DNA from: Azolla caroliniana
Lineage: Eukaryota > Plantae > Polypodiophyta
DNA length: 64,000 bases
Assembly: GCA_043228905.1 (NCBI GenBank)
Contig: JBHGNT010000020.1
Location: 2,852,001-2,916,000 of the forward strand
Reading direction: 5' to 3'
A program made the position numbers and the translations under genes. Numbering within the stretch: position 1 is the stretch's first letter; every line of letters begins with the position of its first letter. The notes under the pieces are model-generated. The model was not told the DNA's origin and ran no database searches. It saw only the letters and a list, made by a program, of their open reading frames with translations. Below, one piece after another: positions 1 through 12,413 of this stretch.

Positions 1-345
1 TAGAGCTTCAACATGTCGTAACTCCACGTTGTGTGCTTTAGAGTACAATTCCAATGGTACAAGCAAAATTTATTTGAGTCAATTCGAGAACGGCTTTTGA
101 CAAGACACGCTTTTTAACAATATTGCAGAAAATTGAATTAATATGAAGCTTTGCCCAAATGGACCGGTTTCATGGACAAGTGTCATTTGGATCTTACAAG
201 AAACGTAAGAGCACTATTGGTTTATTCAGGTAACAAATCGTAAAGATTCAATACTGAGGCTAATATACAATAACGCAGCGACAAATTTTTCTCGCACAGT
301 TTTCTTTCTGATTCTTTACGAATGCCTTGGAAATATGGCCATATT

Positions 346-417
346 GCGCTTGTAGTCCAACGGTTAGGATAATTGCCTTCCAAGCAATAGACCCGAGTTC
401 AACTCTCGGCAAGCACA
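346..417 (+). tRNA. tRNA-Gly-TCC: tRNA-Gly(TCC), acceptor-stem mismatch variant
   Basis: 72-nt cloverleaf, anticodon loop CT-TCC-AA; 3' end reads CAAGCAC. Confidence 0.8.
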
Positions 418-683
418 TACTATGTTATTTGAATCGCTACATCCAACGGAAAAGAAAAAATGATTCAATTCCATTCCAGTCCAGAATGATACGTACCTTT
501 CAAATTTTCATAACTACAACGTAACAAGACAGCACCATAGTGATTTAATCTAAAGCTTTGCCAAAACAACTATTTCCCTGAACTAGTTTCATTTCTTTCT
601 TAGAATAAACTAAGGCCCAACTTTTTCTCACTCATGTGACAAATTGTAAAGATTAAGGGCTCACACTGATATGAGATATTAGT

Positions 684-755
684 GCGGTTGTAGTCTTATC
701 GTTAATGTATTTGCTTTGCAAGCAATAGATAGAGCTTCAACATGTCGTAACTCCA
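684..755 (+). pseudogene. Degenerate tRNA-Gly-derived copy (anticodon position TGC); one per unit, about 338 nt after each tRNA start
   Basis: Colinear with the tRNA over 72 nt, about 46/72 identical. D stem and T stem no longer pair. Confidence 0.85.
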
Positions 756-1074
756 CGTTGTGTGCTTTAGAGTAGAATTCCAATGGTACAAGCAAAATTT
801 ATTTCAGTCAATTCGAGAACGGCTTTTGAGAAGACACGCTTTTTAACAATATTGCAGAAAATTGAATTAATATGAAGCTTTGCTCAAATGGACCGTTTTC
901 ATGGACAAGTTTCATTTGGATCTTACAAGAAACGTAAGAGCACTATTGGTTTATTCAGGTAACAAATCGTAAAGATTCAATACTGAGGCTAATATACAAT
1001 AACTCAGCGACAAATTTTTCTCGCACATTTTTCTTTCTGATTCTTTACGAATGCCTTGGAAATATGGCCAAATT

Positions 1075-1146
1075 GCGCTTGTAGTCCAACGGTTAGGATA
1101 ATTGCCTTCCAAGCAATAGACCCGAGTTCAACTCTCGGCAAGCGCA
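1075..1146 (+). tRNA. tRNA-Gly-TCC: tRNA-Gly(TCC), array consensus
   Basis: GCGCTTG/CAAGCGC acceptor, GTCC/GGAT D stem, ATTGC/GCAAT anticodon stem, CCGAG-TTCAACT-CTCGG T arm. Confidence 0.95.
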
Positions 1147-1803
1147 TACTATGTTATTTGAATCACTGCATCCAACAGAAAAGAGAAAATGATTTAATTC
1201 CATTCCAGTCCAGAATGATACGTACCTTCCAAATTTTCATAACTACAGCGTAAGAAGACAACACCATAGTGATTTAATCTAAAGCTTTGCCAAAACAACT
1301 ATGTTCCTGAACTAGTTTCATTTCTTTTTTAGAATAAACTAAGGCCCAACTTTTTCTCACCCATGTGACAAATTGTAAAGATTAAGGGCTCACACTGATA
1401 TGAGATATTTGTGCGGTTGTAGTCTTATTGTTAATGTATTTGCTTTGCAAGCAATAGATAGAGCTTCAACATGTCGTAACTCCACGTTGTGTGCTTTAGA
1501 GTAGAATTCCAATGGTACAAGCAAAATTTATTTGAGTCACTTCGAGAACGGCTTTTGAGAAGACACGCTTTTTAACAATATTGCAGAAAATTGAATTAAT
1601 ATGAAGCTTTGCTCAAATGGACCGTTTTCATGGACTAGTTTCATTTGGATCTTACAAGAAACGTAAGAGCACTACTAGTTTATTCAGGTAACACATCGTA
1701 AAGTTTCAATGCTGAGGCTAATATACAATAACTTAGCGACCAATTTTTCTCGCACATTTTTCTTTCTGATTCTTTACGAATGCCTTGGAAAGATGGCCAA
1801 ATT

Positions 1804-1875
1804 GCGCTTGTAGTCCAACGGTTACGATCATTGCCTTCCAAGCAATAGACCCGAGTTCAACTCTCGGCAAGCGCA
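1804..1875 (+). tRNA. tRNA-Gly-TCC: tRNA-Gly(TCC), D-arm variant
   Basis: 2 substitutions relative to consensus. Confidence 0.75.
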
Positions 1876-2553
1876 TACTATGTTATTTGAATCACTACAT
1901 CCAACGGAAAAGAAAAAATGATTCAATTCCAATGCAGTCCAGAATGATACGTACCTTTCAAATTTTCATATGTACCTTTCAAATTTTCATATCTACAACG
2001 TAACAAGACAGCACCATAGTGATTTAATCTAAAGCTTTGCCAAAACAACTATTTTCCTGAACTAGTTTCATTTCTTCCTTAGAATAAACTAAATCCCAAC
2101 ATTTTCTCACTCATGTGACAAATTGTAAAGATTAAGGGCTCACACTGATATGAGATATTAGTGCGGTTGTAGTCTTATCGTTAATGTATTTGCTTTGCAA
2201 GCAATAGATAGAGCTTCAACATGTCGTAACTCCACGTTGTGTGCTTTAGAGTAGAATTCCAATGGTACAAGCAAAATTTATTTGAGTCAATTCGAGAACG
2301 GCTTTTGAGAAGACACGCTTTTTAACAATATTGCAGAAAATTGAATTAATATGAAGCTTTGCTCAAATGGACCGTTTTCATGGACTAGTTTCATTTGGAT
2401 CTTACAAGAAACGTAAGAGCACTATTGGTTTATTCAGGTAACAAATCGTAAAGATTCAATACTGAGGCTAATATACAATAACTCAGCGACAAATTTTTCT
2501 CGCACATTTTTCTTTCTGATTCTTTACGAATGCCTTGGAAATATGGCCAAATT

Positions 2554-2625
2554 GCGCTTGTAGTCCAACGGTTAGGATAATTGCCTTCCAAGCAATAGAC
2601 CCGAGTTCAACTCTCGGCAAGCGCA
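2554..2625 (+). tRNA. tRNA-Gly-TCC: tRNA-Gly(TCC), consensus
   Basis: Intact cloverleaf. Confidence 0.95.
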
Positions 2626-3303
2626 TACTATGTTATTTGAATCACTTCATCCAACGGAAAAGAAAAAATGATTCAATTCCAATGCAGTCCAGAATGATAC
2701 GTACCTTTCAAATTTTCATATGTACCTTTCAAATTTTCATAACTACAACGTAACAAGACAACACCATAGTGATTTAATCTAAAGCTTTGCCAAAACAACT
2801 ATTTCCCTGAACTAGTTTCATTTCTTTCTTAGAATAAACTAAGGCCCAACTTTTTCTCACTCATGTGACAAATTGTAAAGATTAAGGGCTCACACTGATA
2901 TGAGATATTTGTGCGGTTGTAGTCCTATAGTTAATGTATTTGCTTTGCAAGCAATAGATAGAGCTTCAACATGTCGTAACTCCACGTTGCGTGCTTTAGA
3001 GTAGAATTCCAATGGTATAAGCAAAATTTATTTGAGTCAATTCGAGAACGGCTTTTGACAAGACACGCTTTTTAACAATATTGCAGAAAATTGAATTAAT
3101 ATGAAGCTTTGCTCAAATGGACCGTTTTCATGGACAAGTGTCATTTGGATCTTACAAGAAACGTAAGAGCACTATTGGTTTATTCAGGTAACAAATCGTA
3201 AAGATTCAATACTGAGGCTAATATACAATAACTCAGCGACAAATTTTTCTCGCACATTGTTCTTTCTGATTCTTTACGAATGCCTTGAAAATATGGCCAA
3301 ATT

Positions 3304-3375
3304 GCGCTTGTAGTCCAACGGTTAGGATAAATGCCTTCCAAGCAATAGACCCGAGTTCAACTCTCGGCAAGCGCA
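3304..3375 (+). tRNA. tRNA-Gly-TCC: tRNA-Gly(TCC), anticodon-stem mismatch
   Basis: ATTGC changed to AATGC. Confidence 0.75.
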
Positions 3376-4032
3376 TACTATGATATTTGAATCACTACAT
3401 CCAACGGAAAAGAAAAAATGATTCAATTCCATTCCACTCCAGAATGATACGTACCTTTCAAATTTTCATAACTACAACGTAACAAGACAGCACCATAGTG
3501 ATTTAATCTAAAGCTTTGCCAAAACAACTATTTTCCTGAACTAGTTTCATTTCTTTCTTAGAATAAACTAAGGCCCAACTTTTTCTCACTCATGTGACAA
3601 ATTGTAAAGATTAAGGGCTCACACTGATATGAGATATTTGTGCGGTTGTAGTCCTATAGTTAATGTATTTGCTTTGCAAGCAATAGATAGAGCTTCAACA
3701 TGTCGTAACTCCACGTTGTGTGCTTTAGAGTACAATTCCAATGGTACAAGCAAAATTTATTTGAGTCAATTCGAGAACGGCTTTTGACAAGACACGCTTT
3801 TTAACAATATTGCAGAAAATTGAATTAATATGAAGCTTTGCTCAAATGGACCGTTTTCATGGACAAGTGTCATTTGGATCTTACAAGAAACGTAAGAGCA
3901 CTATTGGTTTATTCAGGTAACAAATCGTAAAGATTCAATACTGAGGCTAATATACAATAACTCAGCGACAAATTTTTCTCGCACATTTTTCTTTCTGATT
4001 CTTTACGAATGCCTTGGAAATATGGCCAAATT

Positions 4033-4104
4033 GCGCTTGTAGTCCAACGGTTAGGATAATTGCCTTCCAAGCAATAGACCCGAGTTCAACTCTCGGCAAT
4101 CGCA
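4033..4104 (+). tRNA. tRNA-Gly-TCC: tRNA-Gly(TCC), acceptor mismatch
   Basis: 3' end reads CAATCGC. Confidence 0.78.
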
Positions 4105-4761
4105 TACTATGTCATTTGAATCACTTCATCCAACGGAAAAGAAATAATGATTCAATTCCATTCCAGTCCAGAATGATACGTACCTTTCAAATTTTCATAA
4201 CTACAACGTAACAAGACAGCACCATAGTGATTTAATCTAAAGCTTTGCCAAAACAACTATTTTCCTCAACTAGTTTCATTTCTTTCTTAGAATAAACTAA
4301 GGCCCAACTTTTTCTCACTCATGTGACAAATTGTAAAGATTAAGGGCTCACACTGATATGAGATATTTGTGCGGTTGTAGTCCTATAGTTAATGTATTTG
4401 CTTTGCAAGCAATAGATAGAGCTTCAACATGTCGTAACTCCACGTTGTGTGCTTTAGAGTACAATTCCAATGGTACAAGCAAAATTTATTTGAGTCAATT
4501 CGAGAACGGCTTTTGACAAGACACGCTTTTTAACAATATTGCAGAAAATTGAATTAATATGAAGCTTTGCCCAAATGGACCGGTTTCATGGACAACTGTC
4601 ATTTGGATCTTACAAGAAACGTAAGAGCACTATTGGTTTATTCAGGTAACAAATCGTAAAGATTCAATACTGAGGCTAATATACAATAACTCAGCGACAA
4701 ATTTTTCTCGCACATTTTTCTTTCTGATTCTTTACGAATGCCTTGGAAATATGGCCAAATT

Positions 4762-4833
4762 GCGCCTGTAGTCCAACGGTTAGGATCATTGCCTTCCAAG
4801 CAATAGACCCGAGTTCAACTCTCGGCAAGCGCA
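4762..4833 (+). tRNA. tRNA-Gly-TCC: tRNA-Gly(TCC) variant
   Basis: 2 substitutions in the 5' half. Confidence 0.75.
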
Positions 4834-5490
4834 TACTATGTTATTTGAATCACTTCATCCAACGGAGAAGAAAAAATGATTCAATTCCATTCCAGTCCAG
4901 AATGATACGTACCTTTCAAATTTTCATAACTACAACGTAACAAGACAGCACCATAGTGATTTAATCTAAAGCTTTGCCAAAACAACTATTTTCCTGAACT
5001 AGTTTCATTTTTTTCTTAGAATAAACTAAGGCCCAACTTTTTCTCACTCATGTGACAAATTGTAAAGATTAAGGGCTCACACTGATATGAGATGTTAGTG
5101 CGGTTGTAGTCTTATCGTTAATGTATTTGCTTTGCAAGCAATAGATAGAGCTTCAACATGTCGTAACTCCACGTTGTGTGCTTTAGAGTAGAATTCCAAT
5201 GGTACAAGCAAAATTTATTTCAGTCAATTCGAGAACGGCTTTTGACAAGACACGCTTTTTAACAATATTGCAGAAAATTGAATTAATATGAAGCTTTGCT
5301 CAAATGGACCGTTTTCATGGACTAGTTTCATTTGGATCTTACAAGAAACGTAAGAGCACTATTGGTTTATTCAGGTAACAAATCGTAAAGATTCAATACT
5401 GAGGCTAATATACAATAACTCAGCGACAAATTTTTCTCGCACATTTTTCTTTCTAATTCTTTACGAATGCCTTGGAAATATGGCCAAATT

Positions 5491-5562
5491 GCGCTTGTTG
5501 TCCAACGGTTAGGATAATTGCCTTCCAAGCAATAGACCCGAGTTCAACTCTCGGCAAGCGCA
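5491..5562 (+). tRNA. tRNA-Gly-TCC: tRNA-Gly(TCC) variant
   Basis: A9>T. Confidence 0.8.
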
Positions 5563-5788
5563 TACTATGTTATTTGAATCACTACATCCAACGAAAAAGA
5601 GAAAATGATTCAATTCCATTCCAGTCCAGAATGATACGTACCTTTCAAATTTTCATAACTACAACGTAACAAGACAGCACCATAGTGATTTAATCTAAAG
5701 CTTTGCCAAAACAACTATTTTCCTGAACTAGTTTCATTTTTTTCTTAGAATAAACTAAGGCCCAACATTTTCTCACTCATGTGACAAA

Positions 5789-7062
5789 ATTCTTGCATTT
5801 TTTCCACAAGGAGGTGACTAGACGACAATGGTGGGCCTATTTTATACGATCCGACAGGAGGCAGGGGAAAGCATTCCCCAATTCGTCATCCGTTTCTAAC
5901 GAATGCATAGCCAGCTTGCCCGTACACCCCCGGAGGAGGAATTACGGACGATATTTTTAAACGCACTCTGGGAACCGTTACGCACGGTGTGTACGGTAAT
6001 CGACTTTCGAGGAAGCACCATTGACCAGGTCATTGACCGGGTCAGAGAAATGGAAAAGTCAAGCTCATGGCTTACATTGGGAGCACTGCAACGGGCGTTA
6101 CCCACCGATGAAGATCTCCGGTTCCGGCAGGCAATTCAATGCACAATCTGCTTGAATGCCGGACACTCGGCAGTGGAATGCACCATGCGAACTCAGTGTG
6201 TGATTTGTCAATCCAAGAGTCATACAACGGACCGGTGCGAGTATAACCTGTTAAACCGACAAGCACCACCCGTCCGACGGATCGAGCCAAGAAGCAGCCG
6301 AGACGAAGATGACGATCGTTGGCAAAGAATGAACCGGTACCGACCGGCACAGGATGTCCGGTACGGAGACAGACAAGAGAATGATGGCCGGTACGGGAAT
6401 CGGCATGATAACTACGACCGGTATGAGCGATCGGACCGTTATCGGGAGTCCAACAGACGACACGAGCAATACGACAGAGACCATTCCCCTAGTTACCGAA
6501 GGCACCAGGAGGACTACGGCCGATTTTACGATCCACCACGACCGGACTACCGAAATAAAAATAAGAATAATAAGAAACGTAATTTCAAGAAAGGTGGTCA
6601 CACTAGGGACCCGGAACATGGAACCCCAAGGAGCCAACCGGCACAGAACGCACCACTCACTACGGGACCGACTCCGGATACCAGCAATGCTGAATCCAAC
6701 AATACCCGTAAAGAGTACTGTTATTACTGCAAGCAGGAAGGCCACTACAGTAACCAGTGCCCGGCAAAGAGCTACGATAAACGACTAGCAGTTAATATGG
6801 TGGTTCCGGAAGTGGCGGATATACAGCAAGTAACCACACGGTCGAAAGGCATGGCCAAAGAGTGGGAAACACAAGAGGCCATACGAAAACAGGCGACGGA
6901 ATGGGTGAAGGAAGCCAATGAAAGGAACGTCGCGGACGTGGAACGGCAAAAGGCGAATACCATAGGGAGTGCCGGCGGTAGCCACCCAGAAAACGAGACA
7001 TGGCAAGCACTGCAAGAATGTCAGATCACGTTGCCATTAGGAAGACTCTTGCAGCTCGTGCC
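5789..7062 (+). pseudogene. gag: Gypsy gag, 5' part (truncated, internal stop near 5897)
   Basis: RQEAGESIPQFVIRF motif, CCHC knuckles, QVTTRSK; interrupted by the copia. Confidence 0.85.
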
Positions 7063-7680
7063 TGTTGGGATTTCGGTCCCTCCGGATGGGATGTCCGGAG
7101 ATGAATGACGGCAAGCCCGGAGGCTGTTACGGAACCGTAGGATGAAGAGTACCCGGTTACGAAGCCGGATGCTGAAGACCCCGGTTACAGAGCCGGATGC
7201 CGTATGTACCCGGAGAGAGATCCAGATGCGGGGACATATCTGTGAATATGTTTGCCAAGGGCCCTTGAGGCTATATCTGTAAATAGCCCGAAAGTCATAT
7301 GTGTATAAATATGACTTAGGGCAAACAGTTTTGTGTAGTTGTTGCTCATTTTTCTGTTTTCCACTAAGAGGGAGCGAAGTGAGAGCAGCCGAGAGAGAGT
7401 GAGAGAGAAAGAGGAAGGAAGAGGTCGACGCCTCTGTGTAATACCGCCGCCTGTGGCGAGGACAGCGAGCTCAAGGTCGTCGCCTTGCAGCTCGCCATTG
7501 TACATTCCGCGTATAGTGATAGTTGGAGTCTTGCACTCCCGTGGTTTTTTCCCATTTAGGGTTTTCCACGTAAAACATCCAGTGTACCCTTCTCTCTATT
7601 GTTTTCGTGCATTGTTGTATTTCCCGTTTTCTGTGAATCGATCCTGTTCCTCGGTTGTGGCCGAGCACGGAATTTCGACA
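7063..7680 (+). repeat. Copia-1 5' LTR
   Basis: TGTTGGGA...TTCGACA; about 5 mismatches to the 3' LTR. Confidence 0.97.
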
Positions 7681-7683
7681 AAG

Positions 7684-7695
7684 TGGTATCAGAGC
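7684..7695 (+). promoter_or_regulatory. Primer-binding site (tRNA-iMet)
   Basis: TGGTATCAGAGC. Confidence 0.95.
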
Positions 7696-7711
7696 GACGG
7701 TAACACAGAAA

Positions 7712-10700
7712 ATGGAAGGCGGCAGCAGCGGGCAGCCGGGGATGATGGTGCTGAATGCGCAGAACTACGCCGACTGGAAGATAAAGATGGAGGATCTGCT
7801 CATTGTTCGGGACCTGTATGAACCGATCGACAGGTCGGAAATACCCAAGGGGGTACTTGAGACGGAGTGGAGGCTTCTGAACCGGAAAGCCGTTGCAACC
7901 ATTCGGCAATACGTCGACGTGAGCGTTCTACAACACGTGGCGAACGACACCAACGCATATGAGATGTGGAGGAAGCTGTCGGGCCTCTACGAGAGGAAGA
8001 ATGCGTTGAACCGGACCTCCCTGATGAGAAAGATAGTGAACCTCAAGTACCGGGACGGCGAGAGTATGGTGGAACACGTAAGCACGTTCATGGGATTCGT
8101 GAACCAGCTTGCGGCGATCAAGTTCCCGTTGGAGGATGCAATGCAAGCCATCATCCTGATGTGTACATTGCCGGACAGCTGGGAGAACTTGGTGGTGACT
8201 CTCAGCACCTCCTGCACCGAAGATAACTTGTCCCTACAAACGGTAAAGACAAGTATTTTGAACGAAGAAGCGCGTCAGAGAGATAAAGAACCGGCCTCCG
8301 ACTCGAAGGCGCTGCTTACCGAATCGGAACGGGGAAGACAATGGAACCGGAGTCCGCAAAGACGGGAGAAGTCGGGGACCCGGTCGCAGTCAAGAGGAAG
8401 ACCCACATGCTTCCACTGTGGGAAGCCGGGGCACTTCCGGAAGAATTGTCGGCATTACCGAAAAGACAACGGAGCCGACGACACCGATTCGAAGAAGTCA
8501 CCGGAGAGAAACGGTGCATACCGGGGAGCCACGGACCGGAGAGGTCCAGATCGGCGAGGGCAGGACCGGAAAGGAACGACGGCACTCGCGGCAAGTGAAG
8601 AGGAGATCATGCTCATCACCGAAGAAGGTGAACTAAACATTGCCGGCGATGAGACTACCTGGGTGGTCGATTCCGGAGCGTCGTTCCACCTGACCCCGGA
8701 AAGTAGATACTTCTCATCCTACACAGCCGGTGAACATGGCTGTGTTCGGATGGGAAATGAAGGTACGTGCCGGATTGCCGGCATAGGAGACGTATGGTTG
8801 ACAACCCCGACCGGATGCAAAATGCTGCTGAAGGATGTCCGACACGTTCCGGAGGTTCGATTGAACCTGATTTCGGCCGGGAGGCTAGACGATGAAGGCT
8901 ACACAGGTAGCATCCGGAACGGCGTAATGAAGTTCAGCAAGGGAAGCCTGATAGTGGCTCGGGCCCGGAAAGTCAACACACTGTACCTTATGAATGCCTG
9001 GTTGTGTCCGGAAGAGCTGAATGTGGCAGCCGACACTGCCGGTGAGCTGTGGCACAAAAGACTGTGCCACATGAGTGAGAAGGGGATGAAGAGGCTTGCA
9101 GAAGACAACCTTATTCCAGTGAAGCATGTGCACCTGGAGAACTGTACCGATTGCCTGGCCGGTAAGCAGAACCGAACCTCCTTCCACTCAAGGCCACCGA
9201 CGAGACGAAGCGCACCATTGGAGTTGGTGCACACTGATGTGTGTCAGGTAGAAACGAAGTCACATGGCGGAGCCTAGTACTTCGTGACTTTCATTGATGA
9301 TCACAGCCGGAAGCTGTGGACGGCACCGTTGAAGACAAAGGACCAAGTGTTGTCCGTCTTCAAAGAACTCCACGCGAGAGTGGAAAGAGAATCCGGCAAG
9401 AAGCTGAAAGCGATACGAGCGGATAACGGAGGAGAATACCGGGGGCAGTTCGCGGAGTACTGTCGCTCGAAGGGAATCCGGCTCGAGTTTACTGTGCCGA
9501 AGACGCCGGAACTGAACGGGCTGGCCGAGAGGATGAACCGGACCATAATGGAGAGGGTCCGGAGTATGCTAGCGCATGCGAAATTACCCAAGGGGTTTTG
9601 GGCTGAGGCGATGTCGACGGCGACATACGTGATAAATAGATCACCCTCAGTACCTTTGGACGGAGACACGCCGCAGAGAGTGTGGACCGGTAGGGAAGTG
9701 TCCTACCGGCATCTGAAGGTGTTCGGGTGCCTCGCATATGTGCATGTGGCTAAGGACCGGAGAGGAAAGCTAGATCCAAAGACCCGGCCATGCATATTCC
9801 TCGGTTACGGCGATGACGAGTTCGGCTACCGAGTATGGGACCCGGTCGACAAGAAGATATTCCGGAGTCGTGATATCATCTTCATGGAGAACAAGACACT
9901 TGCCGACTGGGAGTCGGAGAAGAAGATGAAGAGCTCCAAGTCGACCGGTGAGGATCAACTCTACGAGGAGCAGTCCCGACCGGCAAGAGACCGGTTAGCA
10001 CTCGAGGATCCGGCCGAAGACGGTGAAGAAACAGAACCGGCCGAAGAAGATGAAAATGATACCGGAACCGGCCCCGATCCCGAAATGGATTCGGATGAAG
10101 AAGAATCGGAAGAACCGGTTACCGAAGCTCCGGAACGGAGATATCCTCTAAGAGAGAGAAGGGCCCCCCGGAGATTTCCGGAACCAGAGCACGTGCTGCT
10201 AACCGACGAAGGGGAGCCGGAGAGCTTTGAAGAAGCAAAGCATGACACCCAGAGCCGCAGGTGGTTGAGTGCCATGCAGGACGAGATGGATTCCCTGCAT
10301 GAGAACCACACATATGAACTTGTGGAGTTGCCGAAAGGAAAGCGGGCACTTCGAAACAAGTGGGTGTTCAAGTTGAAACCGGGAGATGCCGAAAACCCCC
10401 CGAGATACAAAGCCAGGATCGTGGTGAAGGGGTTTCAGCAGAAGAAGGGCGTCGACTTCGACGAGATATTTGCCCCGGTAGTGAAGATGACCTCCATCCG
10501 GACGGTGCTGAGCATAGCGGCAAGCATGGACCTCGAGGTAGAACAAATGGACGTGAAGATGGCATTCCTTCATGGTGACCTCGAAGAAGAGATCTACATG
10601 CAGCAACCGGAAGGATTCGAGAAGAAAGGGAAGGAGCACCTGGTATGCCGGTTGAAGAAGAGCCTTTACGGACTGAAGCAGGCTCCCCGGCAATGGTACC

Positions 10701-11785
10701 GCAAGTTCGACTCCTTCATGACCGACGAAGGGTACCACAAAACGCAGTCTGATCACTGCGTGTTTGTGAAGAAGTTTGAAGGAGGAGACTCTCTAATACT
10801 CCTCCTGTACGTGGACGACATGTTGATCGTCGGACGGGACCAGGTCAAGATACGGACACTGAAGAAAGCGCTTCACCGAACCTTCTCAATGAAGGACCTG
10901 GGTCCGGCGAGGCAAATACTAGGGATGCACATCATCCGGGACCGGAAGAAGAAGCAGTTGTGGCTGTCACAGGAGAAGTACGTGACAAAGGTGCTTCACC
11001 GGTTCAACATGTCGGAAGCAAGACCGGTCGGGTCAACCCTCCCGGCAAACTGCAATTTGTCCAGCAAGCAAAGCCCCAAGACAAAGGCTGAGAAGGAGGA
11101 CATGATGAAAGTACCATATGCCTCTGCCGTCGGAAGCTTGATGTACGCAATGGTGTGTACAAGACCGGACATAGGATATGCAGTTGGAGTGGTGAGCCGG
11201 TACATGAGCAATCCCGGCAAAGAGCACTGGAACGCGGTCAAGTGGATACTCCGATACCTGAAGGGCACGGCAAACGTGTGCCTCCGATTCGGCTCCGGTA
11301 AGCCCGAATTCGACGGCTTTACCGATTCGGACATGTCAGCTGATGCAGATACCAGCCGGTCCACATCAGGGTATGTGATGACGTATGCAGGTGGAGCTGT
11401 TTCGTGGCAGTCGAGGCTGCAGAAGACGGTTGCGCTGTCAACCACGGAGGCGGAGTACATGGCGGCTGTTGAAGCCGGCAAGGAAATAATATGGATGAAG
11501 GACTTCATTAGAGAGCTCGGTATCCGGCAGGAGGAGTACCGACTCTACTGCGATAGTCTGAGTGCCATCCACCTTGCGAAGAACGCGGCCTACCATTCCC
11601 GGACGAAACACATCCAGCGTAGATACCACTAGATCCGGGAAAGGATAGAAGACAAGGAGTTCGTGTTGACGAAGATCCACACGGACGAGAACGGGTCGGA
11701 TATGCTGACCAAGGTGCTCACACCCAACAAGCTGGAAGCATGCCGGAAGAGGATCGGGTTGGAGAGACATCCCATGCCGAAGTGA
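7712..11785 (+). pseudogene. gag-pol: Copia gag-pol polyprotein with two in-frame stops (9275 and 11630)
   Basis: CCHC, WVVDSGAS protease, HHCC and DDE integrase, YVDD RT, RNase H, all in one frame. Confidence 0.95.
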
Positions 11786-11795
11786 AGGGGGAGTT

Positions 11796-12413
11796 TGTTG
11801 GGATTTCGGTCCCTCCGGATGGGATGTCCGGAGATGAATGACGGCAAGCCCGGAGGCTGTTACGGAACCGTAGGATGAAGAGTACCCGGTTACGGAGCCG
11901 GATGCTGAAGACCCCGGTTACAGAGCCGGATGTCGTATGTACCCGGAGAGAGATCCGGATGCGGGGACATATCTGTGAATATGTTTGCCAAGGGCCCTTG
12001 AGTCTATATCTGTAAATAGCCCGAAAGTCATATGTGTATAAATATGACTTAGGGCAAACAGTTTTGTGTAGTTGTTGCTCATTTTTCTGTTTTCCACTAA
12101 GAGGGAGCGAAGTGAGAGCAGCCGAGAGAGAGTGAGAGAGAAAGAGGAAGGAAGAGGTCGACGCCTCTGTGTAATACCGCCGCCTGTGGCGAGGACAGCA
12201 AGCTCAAGGTCGTCGCCTTGCAGCTCGCCATTGTACATTCCGCGTATAGTGATAGTTGGAGTCTTGCACTCCCGTGGTTTTTTCCCATTTAGGGTTTTCC
12301 ACGTAAAACATCCAGTGTACCCTTCTCTCTATTGTTTTCGTGCATTGTTGTATTTCCCGTTTTCTGTGAATCGATCCTGTTCCTCGGTTGTGGCCGAGCA
12401 CGGAATTTCGACA
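11796..12413 (+). repeat. Copia-1 3' LTR
   Basis: Preceded by PPT AGTGAAGGGGGAG. Confidence 0.97.

Larger units (their letters stand above)
1..5788 (+). repeat. tRNA-Gly satellite, ~729-bp unit, segment 1 (continues off the window start)
   Basis: tRNA starts at 346, 1075, 1804, 2554, 3304, 4033, 4762 and 5491. Period is 729, or 750 where a 21-bp duplication is present. Confidence 0.98.
7063..12413 (+). mobile_element. Full-length Ty1/copia element 1
   Basis: Two 618-bp TG..CA LTRs, TSD GTGCC (7058-7062 and 12414-12418), PBS, PPT. Confidence 0.98.

Noticed and set aside
684-755. Functional tRNA-Ala(TGC)
   Set aside because: D and T stems are unpaired, the A and B boxes have decayed, and the acceptor stem is mismatched.
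9275-9277. Programmed stop read-through in copia-1
   Set aside because: The stop lies inside integrase, and copia-2 has CAG at the same site, so it is a simple mutation.
12072-12413. N-terminus of the 950-aa ORF
   Set aside because: It is copia LTR sequence that happens to be in frame with the gypsy pol.
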